A DNA stretch of 34,691 bases from a virus (Duplodnaviria > Caudoviricetes): positions 1 to 34,691 of the IMG/VR virus record IMGVR_UViG_3300009008_000133; one strand, written 5' to 3'. Both the position numbers and the translations under genes were made by a program. Shown in pieces: positions 1 through 9,897 of the stretch. The notes beneath the pieces are model-generated. The model did not search any database. It had not been told where the DNA came from and saw only the letters and a list, made by a program, of their open reading frames with translations. The first letter of the stretch is position 1. Each line of letters opens with the position of its first letter.

Positions 1-148
1 GTCGATGCCGTCCACAGCGCCGGATACCGCGATGTTGCCGTTAACAGTAAGCCCCGCAAAGGTCGGAGAGCTTGAGTTTTTAACGGGCTGATTTAAATAT
101 GCGCTGAGGTCGATGCCGTCCACAGCGCCGGATACCGCGATGTTGCCG
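1..148. repeat. Exact 40-bp direct repeat (1-40 and 109-148), 108-bp period, encoding GNIAVSGAVDGID in the tail fibre
   Basis: gtcgatgccgtccacagcgccggataccgcgatgttgccg occurs at 1 and at 109. The first copy is cut by the window edge. Confidence 0.95.
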
Positions 149-2262
149 CTCACATTTATGCCGCCAGTGGTGGTCTGGATCTTGCTGCTACCAGAATAGA
201 ATAGCGCTACGCCTGCATCTGGGGTAAACTGCGCCATATACTGCTGGGTGCCTGTAACATCCCTGATATTAAGCTTGCCATCAACGCCACTATAAATATC
301 ATTGACCTGTTCTACCCCTCCCGCATCTCGTGAATAAAAAGCAAGATTCACTGAGCTTGTATTGTCTCCATCGTCCGGGTGTACTTGTGTACCCATACGA
401 ATCCCGTTATCACAAGCTCCATCTCTTATATATAAGCCCTCTTTCCATCTAACGGTATAATCATGAGCGTTAAGAGCATTGATATCCATTGCCCTTGCGA
501 CTCCAGGTTGATAACTCGACCCCCCAGCTATGTTAAGCCCAAAGGCCCAGGTATCTGAGTTGGTCACATTTACGTCGATCTCAATCCCATAAAGAACGGC
601 CTTTGTTTTGTCTAAATCCTCGACTAAGGCATTCACGCCCCATGCGCCGGTTCGATTGTCATCGTCTGCTCCATTCGCATTTATCTGCCCCTGGAAATAG
701 CCACCGACAGCATACACCCTGGTGGACGCTGACTTCGCGTACCCGGCCACCCCAGCGTCATGCAGCTTCTCATATACGTTTGTCGGAGGATCATATATCC
801 CATCGTCATTTGAAGGTATGGCATTCGACGGGATATTAACTGCTCCTGTGACTGCCGCATGTATGTGTTGGCTGGCATGGAAAAGATTGCTTTTCCCGTA
901 CCCACCCAGGTCAGCATAAATTGTTGCATAACTGCTGGTCGTTAGCTTAGTTGCCCAACCTGAAAACGGATCTATCACATCGATGTGTCCTAATGTGGCT
1001 TGAGCAGTATCGTAAACCTTCACCCCGGTATTTGAGTTCGGATAAATGAAATTTCCGCTTGCGTCGTCTGTCCAGAGAGAAACCACCCCAAGACCCGCCA
1101 CATAGTCAACAACTGCGCCAGAACTCGGCACTTTTGCATCATCATCAGTTATGGTTGTCTCAAGCTGTGATGCTAATAACTGCGCTCCATCCGTCACATT
1201 GCCCAATCCAACTTGTGTTTTGGTTACACTATGCGGATTGGTTGTGCTGCCTCGATGTGTAGTATTTAGTGCTACATGGGAATGGTCTGCCCCAGTTCCT
1301 CCTGAATGTAAAGTATTCGCTGTGATCGCATCGGCCTGAGCGCCGGTCAACGCTGCGGCTGTCGCAGCCGCACTCACAACCCCATCATCATCCGAATCAT
1401 ATTCGGCTTTTGTCATATCGCCAGATCCGCCGCCGCCAGCTCCAACCGCAGTGAGTACGGTTATCTGAGCATTAGCAGTCCCAGCCGGAATAGCGGAGGT
1501 AAAGGTGATGGTCGTGCCGGAAATTGAGAATTCGGAATGATGCTGGGCAACGCCATCAAAGAAGACAATCACACCCTCATTATCGGCTGTTCCGACGGGA
1601 GTTCCAGGAAGCGTCAACTGAGTGGTGGTGCCAGCGGTAAATTCATCTCCGTCATTATAATCTCCAACGAGGAATCCCTGGTTCATGGTGGCAAGGGCGG
1701 CTTCTGCTGCGGTCTGCGCCGCCTCGGCTGCCGTTTGCGCGGCTTCCGCAGCGGTTTCTGCTGTCTCTGCGTTAGCCTCAGCAGTCTGGGCATTCGTGGC
1801 CGCCGTTTCCGCCGAGTTCTTATACCCAAGGAGCAGGGCTGAGTACGCATCAATATCGATGGGATCTCCGGTGTAAGTGTGCTCGTGAGCCAGCGCTCTG
1901 TCATTGGCCTCATCAATTTCCTGGATCATCATGACAATATTGTCGAGATCCTCCTCGGTTACATCAGCAGGCGTTCTGCGATTGTTTTTATAATCCGTGA
2001 GCTGCTTTAAAGGAGTGGCTCTTAACAAGATAAGGCTTGTCGAGGATGCCGGGGCCGTATTTGCCACGACAGCTCCCCCGGAAATCGTATATCCGGTAGG
2101 GCCTGCGCCATCTTTAACCCAAACGGTTTCTGTCAAATCCGTATCAATATGAGTAACAGAGATATGATCCTCATCACTATAAGGAAACGGAATTGGGAAA
2201 TTTGTGGTAGAACCGTTGCCTGAGTAAACTTTCCTCGGTGATTCTGTGCTCGATACAGTCAT
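1..2262 (-). CDS. Tail fibre protein (T7 gp17-like N-terminal adaptor), >754 aa, 3' end beyond window
   Basis: Not in the ORF track. I checked the frame by hand: open from ATG 2262 (RBS GGAG) to base 1. Starts MTVSSTESPRKVYSGNGSTTNFPIPFPY...LLRATPLKQLTDY...EEDLDNIVMMIQE. Contains Ala-rich coiled-coil repeats, GDMTKAEYDSDDDGVV and NPHSVTKTQVGLGNV fibre motifs. Confidence 0.9.
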   Translation of the reverse strand, partial: MTVSSTESPRKVYSGNGSTTNFPIPFPYSDEDHISVTHIDTDLTETVWVKDGAGPTGYTISGGAVVANTAPASSTSLILLRATPLKQLTDYKNNRRTPADVTEEDLDNIVMMIQEIDEANDRALAHEHTYTGDPIDIDAYSALLLGYKNSAETAATNAQTAEANAETAETAAEAAQTAAEAAQTAAEAALATMNQGFLVGDYNDGDEFTAGTTTQLTLPGTPVGTADNEGVIVFFDGVAQHHSEFSISGTTITFTSAIPAGTANAQITVLTAVGAGGGGSGDMTKAEYDSDDDGVVSAAATAAALTGAQADAITANTLHSGGTGADHSHVALNTTHRGSTTNPHSVTKTQVGLGNVTDGAQLLASQLETTITDDDAKVPSSGAVVDYVAGLGVVSLWTDDASGNFIYPNSNTGVKVYDTAQATLGHIDVIDPFSGWATKLTTSSYATIYADLGGYGKSNLFHASQHIHAAVTGAVNIPSNAIPSNDDGIYDPPTNVYEKLHDAGVAGYAKSASTRVYAVGGYFQGQINANGADDDNRTGAWGVNALVEDLDKTKAVLYGIEIDVNVTNSDTWAFGLNIAGGSSYQPGVARAMDINALNAHDYTVRWKEGLYIRDGACDNGIRMGTQVHPDDGDNTSSVNLAFYSRDAGGVEQVNDIYSGVDGKLNIRDVTGTQQYMAQFTPDAGVALFYSGSSKIQTTTGGINVSGNIAVSGAVDGIDLSAYLNQPVKNSSSPTFAGLTVNGNIAVSGAVDGID
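1696..1812 (-). repeat. Degenerate 21-bp (heptad) tandem repeat, AETAAEAAQTAAEAAQTAAEAA coiled coil in the tail fibre
   Basis: Visible in the translation and the DNA; codons are degenerate. Confidence 0.8.
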
Positions 2263-2274
2263 CGCTTCACTCCT

Positions 2275-5200
2275 TTATTCGTCATCATCTATAGCGGTCT
2301 TCTCGGCTGTGTGTGGACTCCAGCCCATCATTTCCGCAATACCTTTCTCATATTCGCCAGCCAGGGTGTCGCTGAACCCTGTAGAAATATCCACTGCCTG
2401 CTTTAATGGTTTCCCGATTATTGAACCAACGGCACCGGCCAGACCCCTGACAGCCCTTAAAAAGCTTTCTGCATCCAGCTCATCGATGTCCACCAGATCA
2501 ATAGCTTTTGCCAGATCCTCAAAAATCTGATAGATCGGGATGCCCATATCAAAGGCATGCATGTCCAGCGCCTTTCGGATCAGAAAGTCGAGGCCGTCCC
2601 CCAGGATAAAGAACCCGTTCAGAGATCCCAGGATCATGGCTCGCTTCTGCTCTTCCTCATCCCAGGTGAACCGGTCGGAAACCCACTGAAAAAACATCGG
2701 CAGGATAAAATGGTAAATTGCCATGGTCTTAAAAAATTGCTTTCTGGAAATCCGGCCAGCAGCAAGGTTCCTGATAGCTCCGATCTCTTTTCTGAGGTAT
2801 TGGTTCGGGCTGGACCGGAACATGGTGAACAGCTTGGCAAAGGATCCGCCCCTCTGCCAGGTGGACTGCTCGGATAGATCTGAGGACTGCTGAGTGGACT
2901 CAGCTATGCTCTCAAACTGTCTTATAGCCTCCTCATGGGTCATTCCCTGGCTCCGGTAGTATTTGTATACCGGATACCCGCCACCGATGATCGCGCCGAT
3001 GTCACCGAGCTTAATCTGGAACATGAGCGCATTCGTAAAGCTTGGGGATGTCCTGAACTTGGCGTATGAATCTGAGTTCATGGCCGTTTTGATATCACGC
3101 TCGATCTCACCCTTCTCCCACCTGTGCTTCATCATGGTGGAGGTCATCAGTACTTTGGTCGCTTCCCGCAGATTGAATAAGGTCTTAATAAATTCTTTTG
3201 ACCAGAAAGCCACCGGGATGCTATCGGCGAAAGCCACTGAGGATGTAAGCTGTTTCAAGAATAAAGTTGGCTTGACGGCGAGGACGGCCTGCGTGTACCG
3301 CGACCGTATCTTATCAAGACCTCGGATACTCGTAGCCATCTCTGCGCCGCCTCGTGCAAAGTCCTGGATAAAATTCTGGATGGTCCTATCAATATTTTCA
3401 CCGAAATTGATTCTGATCGCCTGGCGTACATTCGGATTTGAGAAAACAGCATTGAGATCCCGGACCTTAAATGCCCAGGCCTTAAAGTGCTCCATCTCAG
3501 CCACATGACTCATGAGCACTTCCATGTCATTCCTGAGCTTAAGCGGGTATAAGTTAGCTGTTCTGCTCTTCAGGCCGCCTGCTGTAGTGGCGCTGGCCCT
3601 GAACGGCATCTCTTTTAAGAACTCGCCCAGACCAGACTCATCGTCTTTATTGACCCCTTCCCTGGAGATGGGGCTATAATTATCGTTCTTCGGAAGATTA
3701 ACACCGTATATCTCGGAGTAGATCTGGTTGGTCCTATTGTAGTATTCACGATACCAATCCATTTGCCGGGCAATAAAAGCCTCGTCCTGCGGGGTTAGAA
3801 ATTCCCGGAGCGCATCGACCATGGCCTGTGACCAGGCCATGCCCTCAACAGCAAAAATGGTGTCATGCAGAGTCGGATCCAGCAGCTCCATGGCCCTCTT
3901 CCGGGCCTGCGCCCTGGACATCTTCAGCTCGACGACCTCGCCCTTCATGTTCTCAAACGTACCCAGGCTCTGCTCCACAGAATCCTGCTGAAACATCTTG
4001 ACCATCTGCCGGTCACTCTGGATTTGGAACACCTCAAAGATAATCTGCCGCAGCTCCTCCATGGCCTGGAGATTGCCTTCTTTCTCGGCATTCTTTACAT
4101 CAAGAACATCGCCAAATTGACTGATCAGGCTTTGGCCGGGCGCTGAACCCTGGTCTTTGTAAGACAATATATCCAGCAGATCCTTCCAGCCGGTCACAAT
4201 GTTGTTGGCCCCACCGGCAAAGATGGCATTACGGATCCGGGTCTTGATAGCTTTGTCTGTGACGGCCTCTTCTCCGGCAGTCTCAATCCCTTCCGGGATC
4301 CCGCCCATGATGTCGATTAATTCCTGCCGGTAAAACGCCATCAGGTTTGATCGGTTGGCGGCTTTCAGATCCCGCTCAAGGATGCCCTCGGATTTGTACT
4401 GCTTTATTTCGTTTAAGAGCCGACCCCAGGATTCCAGTGTCTCAGCATCTATTTCGAACAAACTCGTTGATTTCATGGCAAGGAGCTTAAGCTGGAGGGA
4501 AATTTCATGAGGCGGGATCTCTCCACCTTCCTGGTAAGCAATGAGAGTGCCTTCAAGTCTCTCCGCAGCGTCATCTCTCCTGAGCTTCATAATACCCTTA
4601 AGGGAATTCAACACCTCCTGCCGCTCGGCACCGAACCGGCCCTGCGGCTTGCCATCTTTCTTTTTGAGCTTAGTGGCCTTCAGCTCTCTCCAGATCTGAT
4701 TGCGGAGCTTGGAGGCCTCATTTCTCAGTTTCTGAGCAGCCTGTGACTTAGCCATGATCGCCCGGATTTTTGCCTTACCTTCTTTGACACCCTCGGTATT
4801 GCCCTCTGCGTAGGCCTTCCGGGCATCCTGAACGGCGACCATTAAAGCTCTTTTCAAGGCCTCTCTGCCACCCAACTCCTCGACCTTATCAAGATTGATC
4901 TCCCTACGCTTGTCTTCTCTGCGGTTCGCCAGGCCTTCGCTCATCGCATCAAGCAGAGACTCATCGTCCTTCAGCCATCCCTCTTCCCTGAGTTTGGCCT
5001 CCATCTTGTCGAGCTTCATGCCATCCTTCTTAGATAGCAGGCTCATGCCCTTGGGGAGGTCTTTAAACTTATGCCCTTCAAAGTTAATCCCGCCAAGATC
5101 CTTGATTGCTTTAAAAATAGAGGCTTCTTTTCTGGTGCCGACCTGGGCCGGAACACTCAGATTCCCAGCATGGCCGCCACAGTTGGAGGCGCACTGCTTC

Positions 5201-8200
5201 TGGTGTTTTTTATGGAAACATTTCCCGCCAACCAGACAGCACGTTCTTTCCTCTCCTTGGAATCTGGGGTTCGCCTCGATCCATGCAACCAGATCCTTGC
5301 TATCCTGATTCCTGCCAACGAGCTGGCCGTCCTTGACCATGAAGGCAAAATCAGAAGCACCGGCAGGCAATGGCTTGGTGTAATCACTGTGATGGTAGGG
5401 CGTGATCACATCAATGAAGTTGAGCATCCCCTTGTAATCCAGGGTGGCATAATACTGGTATTCCTTCAGATTGAGTGCCACAGTCCTGACCTTGACATTC
5501 GGATATTTTTTCTTGAGCCTCACCGCAGTGTCCCACGGCATCCCGCCATTCTGGCCCAGCACCCCGTCATCGATGCTGACATTTATGGTAATGCCCCGGC
5601 CAGCAAAATCCTCTACAAACTCAGGGTTTTTTGTGATAGCTTTTATAGACAAGCCCCTCTGCTTTGCATGTTTCAGCAGGAGCGCCACATTATCCTTGTG
5701 CCAATCCCTGACATAGTCAGAAAAGGCGAACAGCCGCAGGCCGCCACTCTTGTTCAGGTCATCGATCTTTTCTTGGCTCCACTTCAAAATGGCATCCCTG
5801 TAAGGCGTGGTTTCATAGACCGGTTTAGCCTTTACGGCGATGACATCGCTTATGCTCTTGCCTTTATTGAATTCATGGACAGCCACCTTCCGGGTCTGCT
5901 CCACATAGCAATAGGAGCACGGCACATCGACCCCATCCTTGACGGCCTGGTCATAAATGCGGATCCAGAAGTCCGGGTTCAACAATTCATCCCAGATTTC
6001 GTTCTGAGCATCGATATCCCGGATATCCCCCAGCTCACCATCAGTCAGGTATTTAGCAACATACTCAAGCAGATTCCGCTTTTTCGGGCATATTGTGCCG
6101 GGATCCCAAGACATGAGGGTTTTGCCATTTGCGGCGAACCCCTGTTTTTTCAAATCCTGAGTGGTGGCATCCTGACCGACTATGTATCTGAGAACCATCT
6201 CCTTGGATGAATAGTAGTATTTTTCCTGAAGATCCCTGCCGTTTGTAATGATGTCGCTGAACAAGTCATCGAGCGGGTGTTTTTTCCCAAGGGACTTCAG
6301 CCTGCGCCAGATCTCCTTGATTGCTGCCAGCACTTTCCTGAACACACCTTGCAGATCCTTAGAAACGATATCACTCTCGCCGTTAAGCTGGCGCAACCAC
6401 CAATCTCTGAAGCCATCAGCGAACCATTCGTTCTTTGCCATGAAGGCCTTGCGAGCGTTCCCCTTTTTCTTTTTGAATTTGGCTTGGGCTTTTTTGTACT
6501 CCCGGCTGACAATCTTCATGTCAGCACTCTGAATCGGGCCAAGCAGTCGCTTATGGGCAAACTCGCCGAACTCATGCAGGAAGGTGTCAATATTGGAGCC
6601 GTTGAACATCACTGCCAGATGCCGGGCCTGCTCTTTCAGATCACCGGCCTTCTCGGTGAGCAGAACGCCCTCGATGATTTTATCACCGGCCTGTGATGCG
6701 GGGATGCCGTGTGCTTTTAACTGTGCGCCGGTCGGGGCAAACTGTTGATCAGAGAATCTGGGTTCGAAATACTCCTGCCAGCTCTCCGGGAAGATCTGCA
6801 TCACGCCATCGATAACAGCGGCCTCATCCTCACTGATCAGCCCGGACTGCGTGGCCTCTCTCAGGTTGACATGGTTAATGCTGTCCGGGGTGAATTCCGG
6901 GAGGGATTGGTTGGTTTTTCCTACCTGGGCGTAAATGTCTGGGTTGTTTGGATCAAACTCCCCAGAATTATCTGCAGCCGATTTAATATTTGACGGGGTT
7001 TCTTCAAACACATGGACATGAGCGGTCTGAGCGCCCATATCCATGTTAGCAAAACGCTGGTCTGCGTTCTGCAGAACAATGCCATCGTAGCCAAGATTTT
7101 TAAAAACTTGGCCTATGATATGGCTTCCGACATTTTCCCCTGACTCATAATCGTCGGCATAAGTCAATGAATCACTGTCTCTTAATCGGTTTTCAAGATC
7201 TGTAGCCGAAATCTCATAATCGTATATCTCCAGCTCTCCATATAATTTGACCGCATCTACATCAGTATCAAAACCCTGTATCGCATTTTGTATTGCTTCA
7301 AAAATAGGAGGTTCGTCATTAATCGCATAATCTTCCATGCGCTCTCGTATTTCATCTTCAAACTCTTCTGTTTGAGACTTGTCAGCGCCATTCTCTTCAA
7401 GCACCTCATCTGTTGCATCTTCTCGGTATTGCTCGATTACGTCATTGTCAATCCATGTCTCCTTCGGGCCGCCTATAAAAACAGGGTTATCAAGTCGAAT
7501 AAAAAGCTCCATGGTCTGGGGGGTGTCACCGGACAGTCTCTCTGTGGCGATCTGTCTCAAGGCTTCATCACTCTGAAGCGCTGCTTCTGCCTCATCAATA
7601 TCAATGCCGAGTTCGTCGGCTATATCCTCTGCGTCCATGCCCTCAAGACGCTCTGCGAGCATGTCGATTCGCAGGGTCAGGTCCGGCCCCTCACCAGCAT
7701 AATTTATGTCGGCATCGCCCTGGTCGGAGGTAAAATAATTAACCGCTCCAAACTGACCCTCCTTATTGCCTTTGACTGTGGGGTCAAAAATACTAAATTC
7801 ATTGGTTGTGCCGTGATAAACCTTGAACACATGGCCCTTGTTCGGGTCGGCCATGATGATGTCATAGCCTTCGACAACATCATGGCCTTTGCTCCATGCC
7901 TCAAAACCTCCTGGTGCATCCTCTTCACTGGTTGCCACAGAACCAATCTGCGCCGGAGCATCCTCCTCAGCCAGCCCATGAGCTTCAGCTATAAACGCTG
8001 CAATCTCTTCCTCAGACTTAAAAGTAACCGGGACAAAAGCGGGGCCTCTTGAAGAATTCTTGCTAAGCCATGTCTCATCGAACTCGTCCTTGACATTGAC
8101 AGAGTACCAATCCTCAAAAACCTCTCCGTCGTCATACTCTATTCTCCGACCAAGGCGATACCCACCTTCTCGATCCTTTCGAATTGTGTACTGTGTGGAC

Positions 8201-9897
8201 TTATCGCCGGTTTTATCAGTCTCATTTATTGGAACTAAGGCCTTTTGTTCGCCAGGTGCGCCTTCTACGGCCAACCACTCACCACTCAGATCGATATGAG
8301 TCGGGGCATCACCTTCTTCGATGCTACCCTTTTCGGTAGCGCCTACCAGATCCGGACGCTGCTCATTAATCAGGGCATCGATATCCAACTCCTGACCTTC
8401 GGCGATGATCTCATCGAGGACGGCTTCGTCGATTGTGGACTCTTCCGGATTCTCAATGAACTGCTGGACTTCTTCCGGCGTGACATTGATCTGTCGCTCT
8501 TCCAGGGTCGTCTGTTCCTGAACCTCCTTGAGCCTCTCAAAAGCCGTGGCCTTAAAAATCTTTTGCGCTCTTTCCTGCCGGGCCTGCTGCTCCCTGGTGA
8601 GCTGGCGGCCTTCATAATACTGAGTGCCGCCGGTCAGTGCGGATCCGGGCAGAGCCATGACAGTGAATGCCTGGGCTGAGGTCTTGGCAACCTCCATCAA
8701 CCGGGAAATGATTTCCTCTTTCTCCGGGCCTGACAGGTCTGTACCATCAAGATGGTTGGTCAGCTTTCTGGAAAAGACTTCCGCCACGACATTTACTGAT
8801 TCCTGAGAAATCTCTTGGGCTGTCTCTTTTGCGATAGTGGTGCCGTACTGAGTGGTGGTCCGGGCCACGATATTATGCAGCGCCCTGGACTTAACCACAT
8901 CGGTGACTGTTTCATTGATCAGGCCCTGAAGCAGCTTCTTGCCGCCAGGGAATGTGTTGAGCAGTGTCTTGAGCTGGGCAAATTCGATCAGGCCATTGAT
9001 AGCCCCGACACCATATGCTGCAGCTCGCGCTACCTCCGGGTTGACTTTCTCACCTGTATCCGGGTCTTCATAATCAAGGAGATCGATGTAGGCCAGGCCG
9101 CCTTCGACCTTGCCGACAAACTCCAGGGATTTAGATGTCTGTCCGACTGCGTACATGGCAGGGATTAAAGGGTAGGTGAACTCTGCCGTACCTGTGGCAG
9201 CCCCAAGCAGGCCGGTTCCACCAGCAAGCAGAAGGCCTCTCCAAGCGCCACGCCTGGTGGACTCAGCAAGGAATGGGAACATCTCGGCAGCAGAAGCTCC
9301 AAACTCCTGGGCAAAATTCTCTGAATAGGCGATTTCTTCGGGCCTGGGCATTTCTGCCTGAGTTCTCCTGATAGCATCCCAAGTCTCTTCAGAATTGTCG
9401 CCAGCAAGAGCTTGTGCTCCCCACAGGCCGAGATTGACCTGGGCATAGCCCTTGGACAGGTTCTGCTTAAGAAGATCCATCCCCTTGGCTCTGAGCTTTG
9501 CCCTGGCTGGGTCGAGTTTAACACCCTTGTCGATGTGCTTACGGAGCCTCATAGCCTGGGAGGGAGTGATCAGTCCCTCTTCGGGCTTCCGGCCAGCATT
9601 CTGCATGTCAGCATCCACAATGGCCTGGACTGCACTGGCTGCCTCTTTCTCAGGATCTTTAAAAAGATTCATGAATCTGGATGTGATCGAAGGCTCCCCA
9701 CCCTGCTCCAGCCTCTCCCCGGTGTCGATGCCTCCAAGGCGCTCCTGCTGCTTGGGCTTGCCCTCCAGAATGGTTGAAAGGTTGCCCGGCTCCCCCTGGC
9801 TTTCACCAGGGGAGGCAATGGAACCGGGCTGGGGTGGAGTTACTGGGGAGTTCTCCACGGGTTTTTTGTTCTCCAATATTTCACTTAAAGAAGGCAT
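2275..9897 (-). CDS. Giant internal virion/DNA-ejection polyvalent protein (2540 aa) with ADP-ribosyltransferase-like, zincin-like and radical-SAM/Gp88-like modules
   Basis: Last ejection gene before the tail fibre (T7 gp16 position). Motifs: VYHGT...NYFTSD...LFIRLDNP...LGYDGI...NIKSAADNSGEFDPNNPDI; TFLHEFGEFAH...NEWFADGF; ICPK...VPCSYCYVE...GGLRLFAFSDY...AITK...INVSID...CCLVGGKC...CASNC. Confidence 0.85.
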   Translation of the reverse strand: MPSLSEILENKKPVENSPVTPPQPGSIASPGESQGEPGNLSTILEGKPKQQERLGGIDTGERLEQGGEPSITSRFMNLFKDPEKEAASAVQAIVDADMQNAGRKPEEGLITPSQAMRLRKHIDKGVKLDPARAKLRAKGMDLLKQNLSKGYAQVNLGLWGAQALAGDNSEETWDAIRRTQAEMPRPEEIAYSENFAQEFGASAAEMFPFLAESTRRGAWRGLLLAGGTGLLGAATGTAEFTYPLIPAMYAVGQTSKSLEFVGKVEGGLAYIDLLDYEDPDTGEKVNPEVARAAAYGVGAINGLIEFAQLKTLLNTFPGGKKLLQGLINETVTDVVKSRALHNIVARTTTQYGTTIAKETAQEISQESVNVVAEVFSRKLTNHLDGTDLSGPEKEEIISRLMEVAKTSAQAFTVMALPGSALTGGTQYYEGRQLTREQQARQERAQKIFKATAFERLKEVQEQTTLEERQINVTPEEVQQFIENPEESTIDEAVLDEIIAEGQELDIDALINEQRPDLVGATEKGSIEEGDAPTHIDLSGEWLAVEGAPGEQKALVPINETDKTGDKSTQYTIRKDREGGYRLGRRIEYDDGEVFEDWYSVNVKDEFDETWLSKNSSRGPAFVPVTFKSEEEIAAFIAEAHGLAEEDAPAQIGSVATSEEDAPGGFEAWSKGHDVVEGYDIIMADPNKGHVFKVYHGTTNEFSIFDPTVKGNKEGQFGAVNYFTSDQGDADINYAGEGPDLTLRIDMLAERLEGMDAEDIADELGIDIDEAEAALQSDEALRQIATERLSGDTPQTMELFIRLDNPVFIGGPKETWIDNDVIEQYREDATDEVLEENGADKSQTEEFEDEIRERMEDYAINDEPPIFEAIQNAIQGFDTDVDAVKLYGELEIYDYEISATDLENRLRDSDSLTYADDYESGENVGSHIIGQVFKNLGYDGIVLQNADQRFANMDMGAQTAHVHVFEETPSNIKSAADNSGEFDPNNPDIYAQVGKTNQSLPEFTPDSINHVNLREATQSGLISEDEAAVIDGVMQIFPESWQEYFEPRFSDQQFAPTGAQLKAHGIPASQAGDKIIEGVLLTEKAGDLKEQARHLAVMFNGSNIDTFLHEFGEFAHKRLLGPIQSADMKIVSREYKKAQAKFKKKKGNARKAFMAKNEWFADGFRDWWLRQLNGESDIVSKDLQGVFRKVLAAIKEIWRRLKSLGKKHPLDDLFSDIITNGRDLQEKYYYSSKEMVLRYIVGQDATTQDLKKQGFAANGKTLMSWDPGTICPKKRNLLEYVAKYLTDGELGDIRDIDAQNEIWDELLNPDFWIRIYDQAVKDGVDVPCSYCYVEQTRKVAVHEFNKGKSISDVIAVKAKPVYETTPYRDAILKWSQEKIDDLNKSGGLRLFAFSDYVRDWHKDNVALLLKHAKQRGLSIKAITKNPEFVEDFAGRGITINVSIDDGVLGQNGGMPWDTAVRLKKKYPNVKVRTVALNLKEYQYYATLDYKGMLNFIDVITPYHHSDYTKPLPAGASDFAFMVKDGQLVGRNQDSKDLVAWIEANPRFQGEERTCCLVGGKCFHKKHQKQCASNCGGHAGNLSVPAQVGTRKEASIFKAIKDLGGINFEGHKFKDLPKGMSLLSKKDGMKLDKMEAKLREEGWLKDDESLLDAMSEGLANRREDKRREINLDKVEELGGREALKRALMVAVQDARKAYAEGNTEGVKEGKAKIRAIMAKSQAAQKLRNEASKLRNQIWRELKATKLKKKDGKPQGRFGAERQEVLNSLKGIMKLRRDDAAERLEGTLIAYQEGGEIPPHEISLQLKLLAMKSTSLFEIDAETLESWGRLLNEIKQYKSEGILERDLKAANRSNLMAFYRQELIDIMGGIPEGIETAGEEAVTDKAIKTRIRNAIFAGGANNIVTGWKDLLDILSYKDQGSAPGQSLISQFGDVLDVKNAEKEGNLQAMEELRQIIFEVFQIQSDRQMVKMFQQDSVEQSLGTFENMKGEVVELKMSRAQARKRAMELLDPTLHDTIFAVEGMAWSQAMVDALREFLTPQDEAFIARQMDWYREYYNRTNQIYSEIYGVNLPKNDNYSPISREGVNKDDESGLGEFLKEMPFRASATTAGGLKSRTANLYPLKLRNDMEVLMSHVAEMEHFKAWAFKVRDLNAVFSNPNVRQAIRINFGENIDRTIQNFIQDFARGGAEMATSIRGLDKIRSRYTQAVLAVKPTLFLKQLTSSVAFADSIPVAFWSKEFIKTLFNLREATKVLMTSTMMKHRWEKGEIERDIKTAMNSDSYAKFRTSPSFTNALMFQIKLGDIGAIIGGGYPVYKYYRSQGMTHEEAIRQFESIAESTQQSSDLSEQSTWQRGGSFAKLFTMFRSSPNQYLRKEIGAIRNLAAGRISRKQFFKTMAIYHFILPMFFQWVSDRFTWDEEEQKRAMILGSLNGFFILGDGLDFLIRKALDMHAFDMGIPIYQIFEDLAKAIDLVDIDELDAESFLRAVRGLAGAVGSIIGKPLKQAVDISTGFSDTLAGEYEKGIAEMMGWSPHTAEKTAIDDDE

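Noticed and set aside
1696-1812. CRISPR-like or mini-array
   Set aside because: These are degenerate coding heptad repeats without spacers; no repeat-spacer array was seen anywhere in the window.
1-2262. Diversity-generating retroelement (BPP-1-like head genes, repeat in the tail fibre)
   Set aside because: The 40-bp repeat is exact and in-frame with no adenine-specific mismatches, and there is no reverse transcriptase in the window. A DGR beyond the left edge cannot be excluded.
5071-6210. 379-aa plus-strand ORF, and other long antisense ORFs such as 7288-8052, 10845-11708, 14096-14848 and 32411-33472
   Set aside because: These are shadows of well-supported genes on the opposite strand, with no recognisable motifs.
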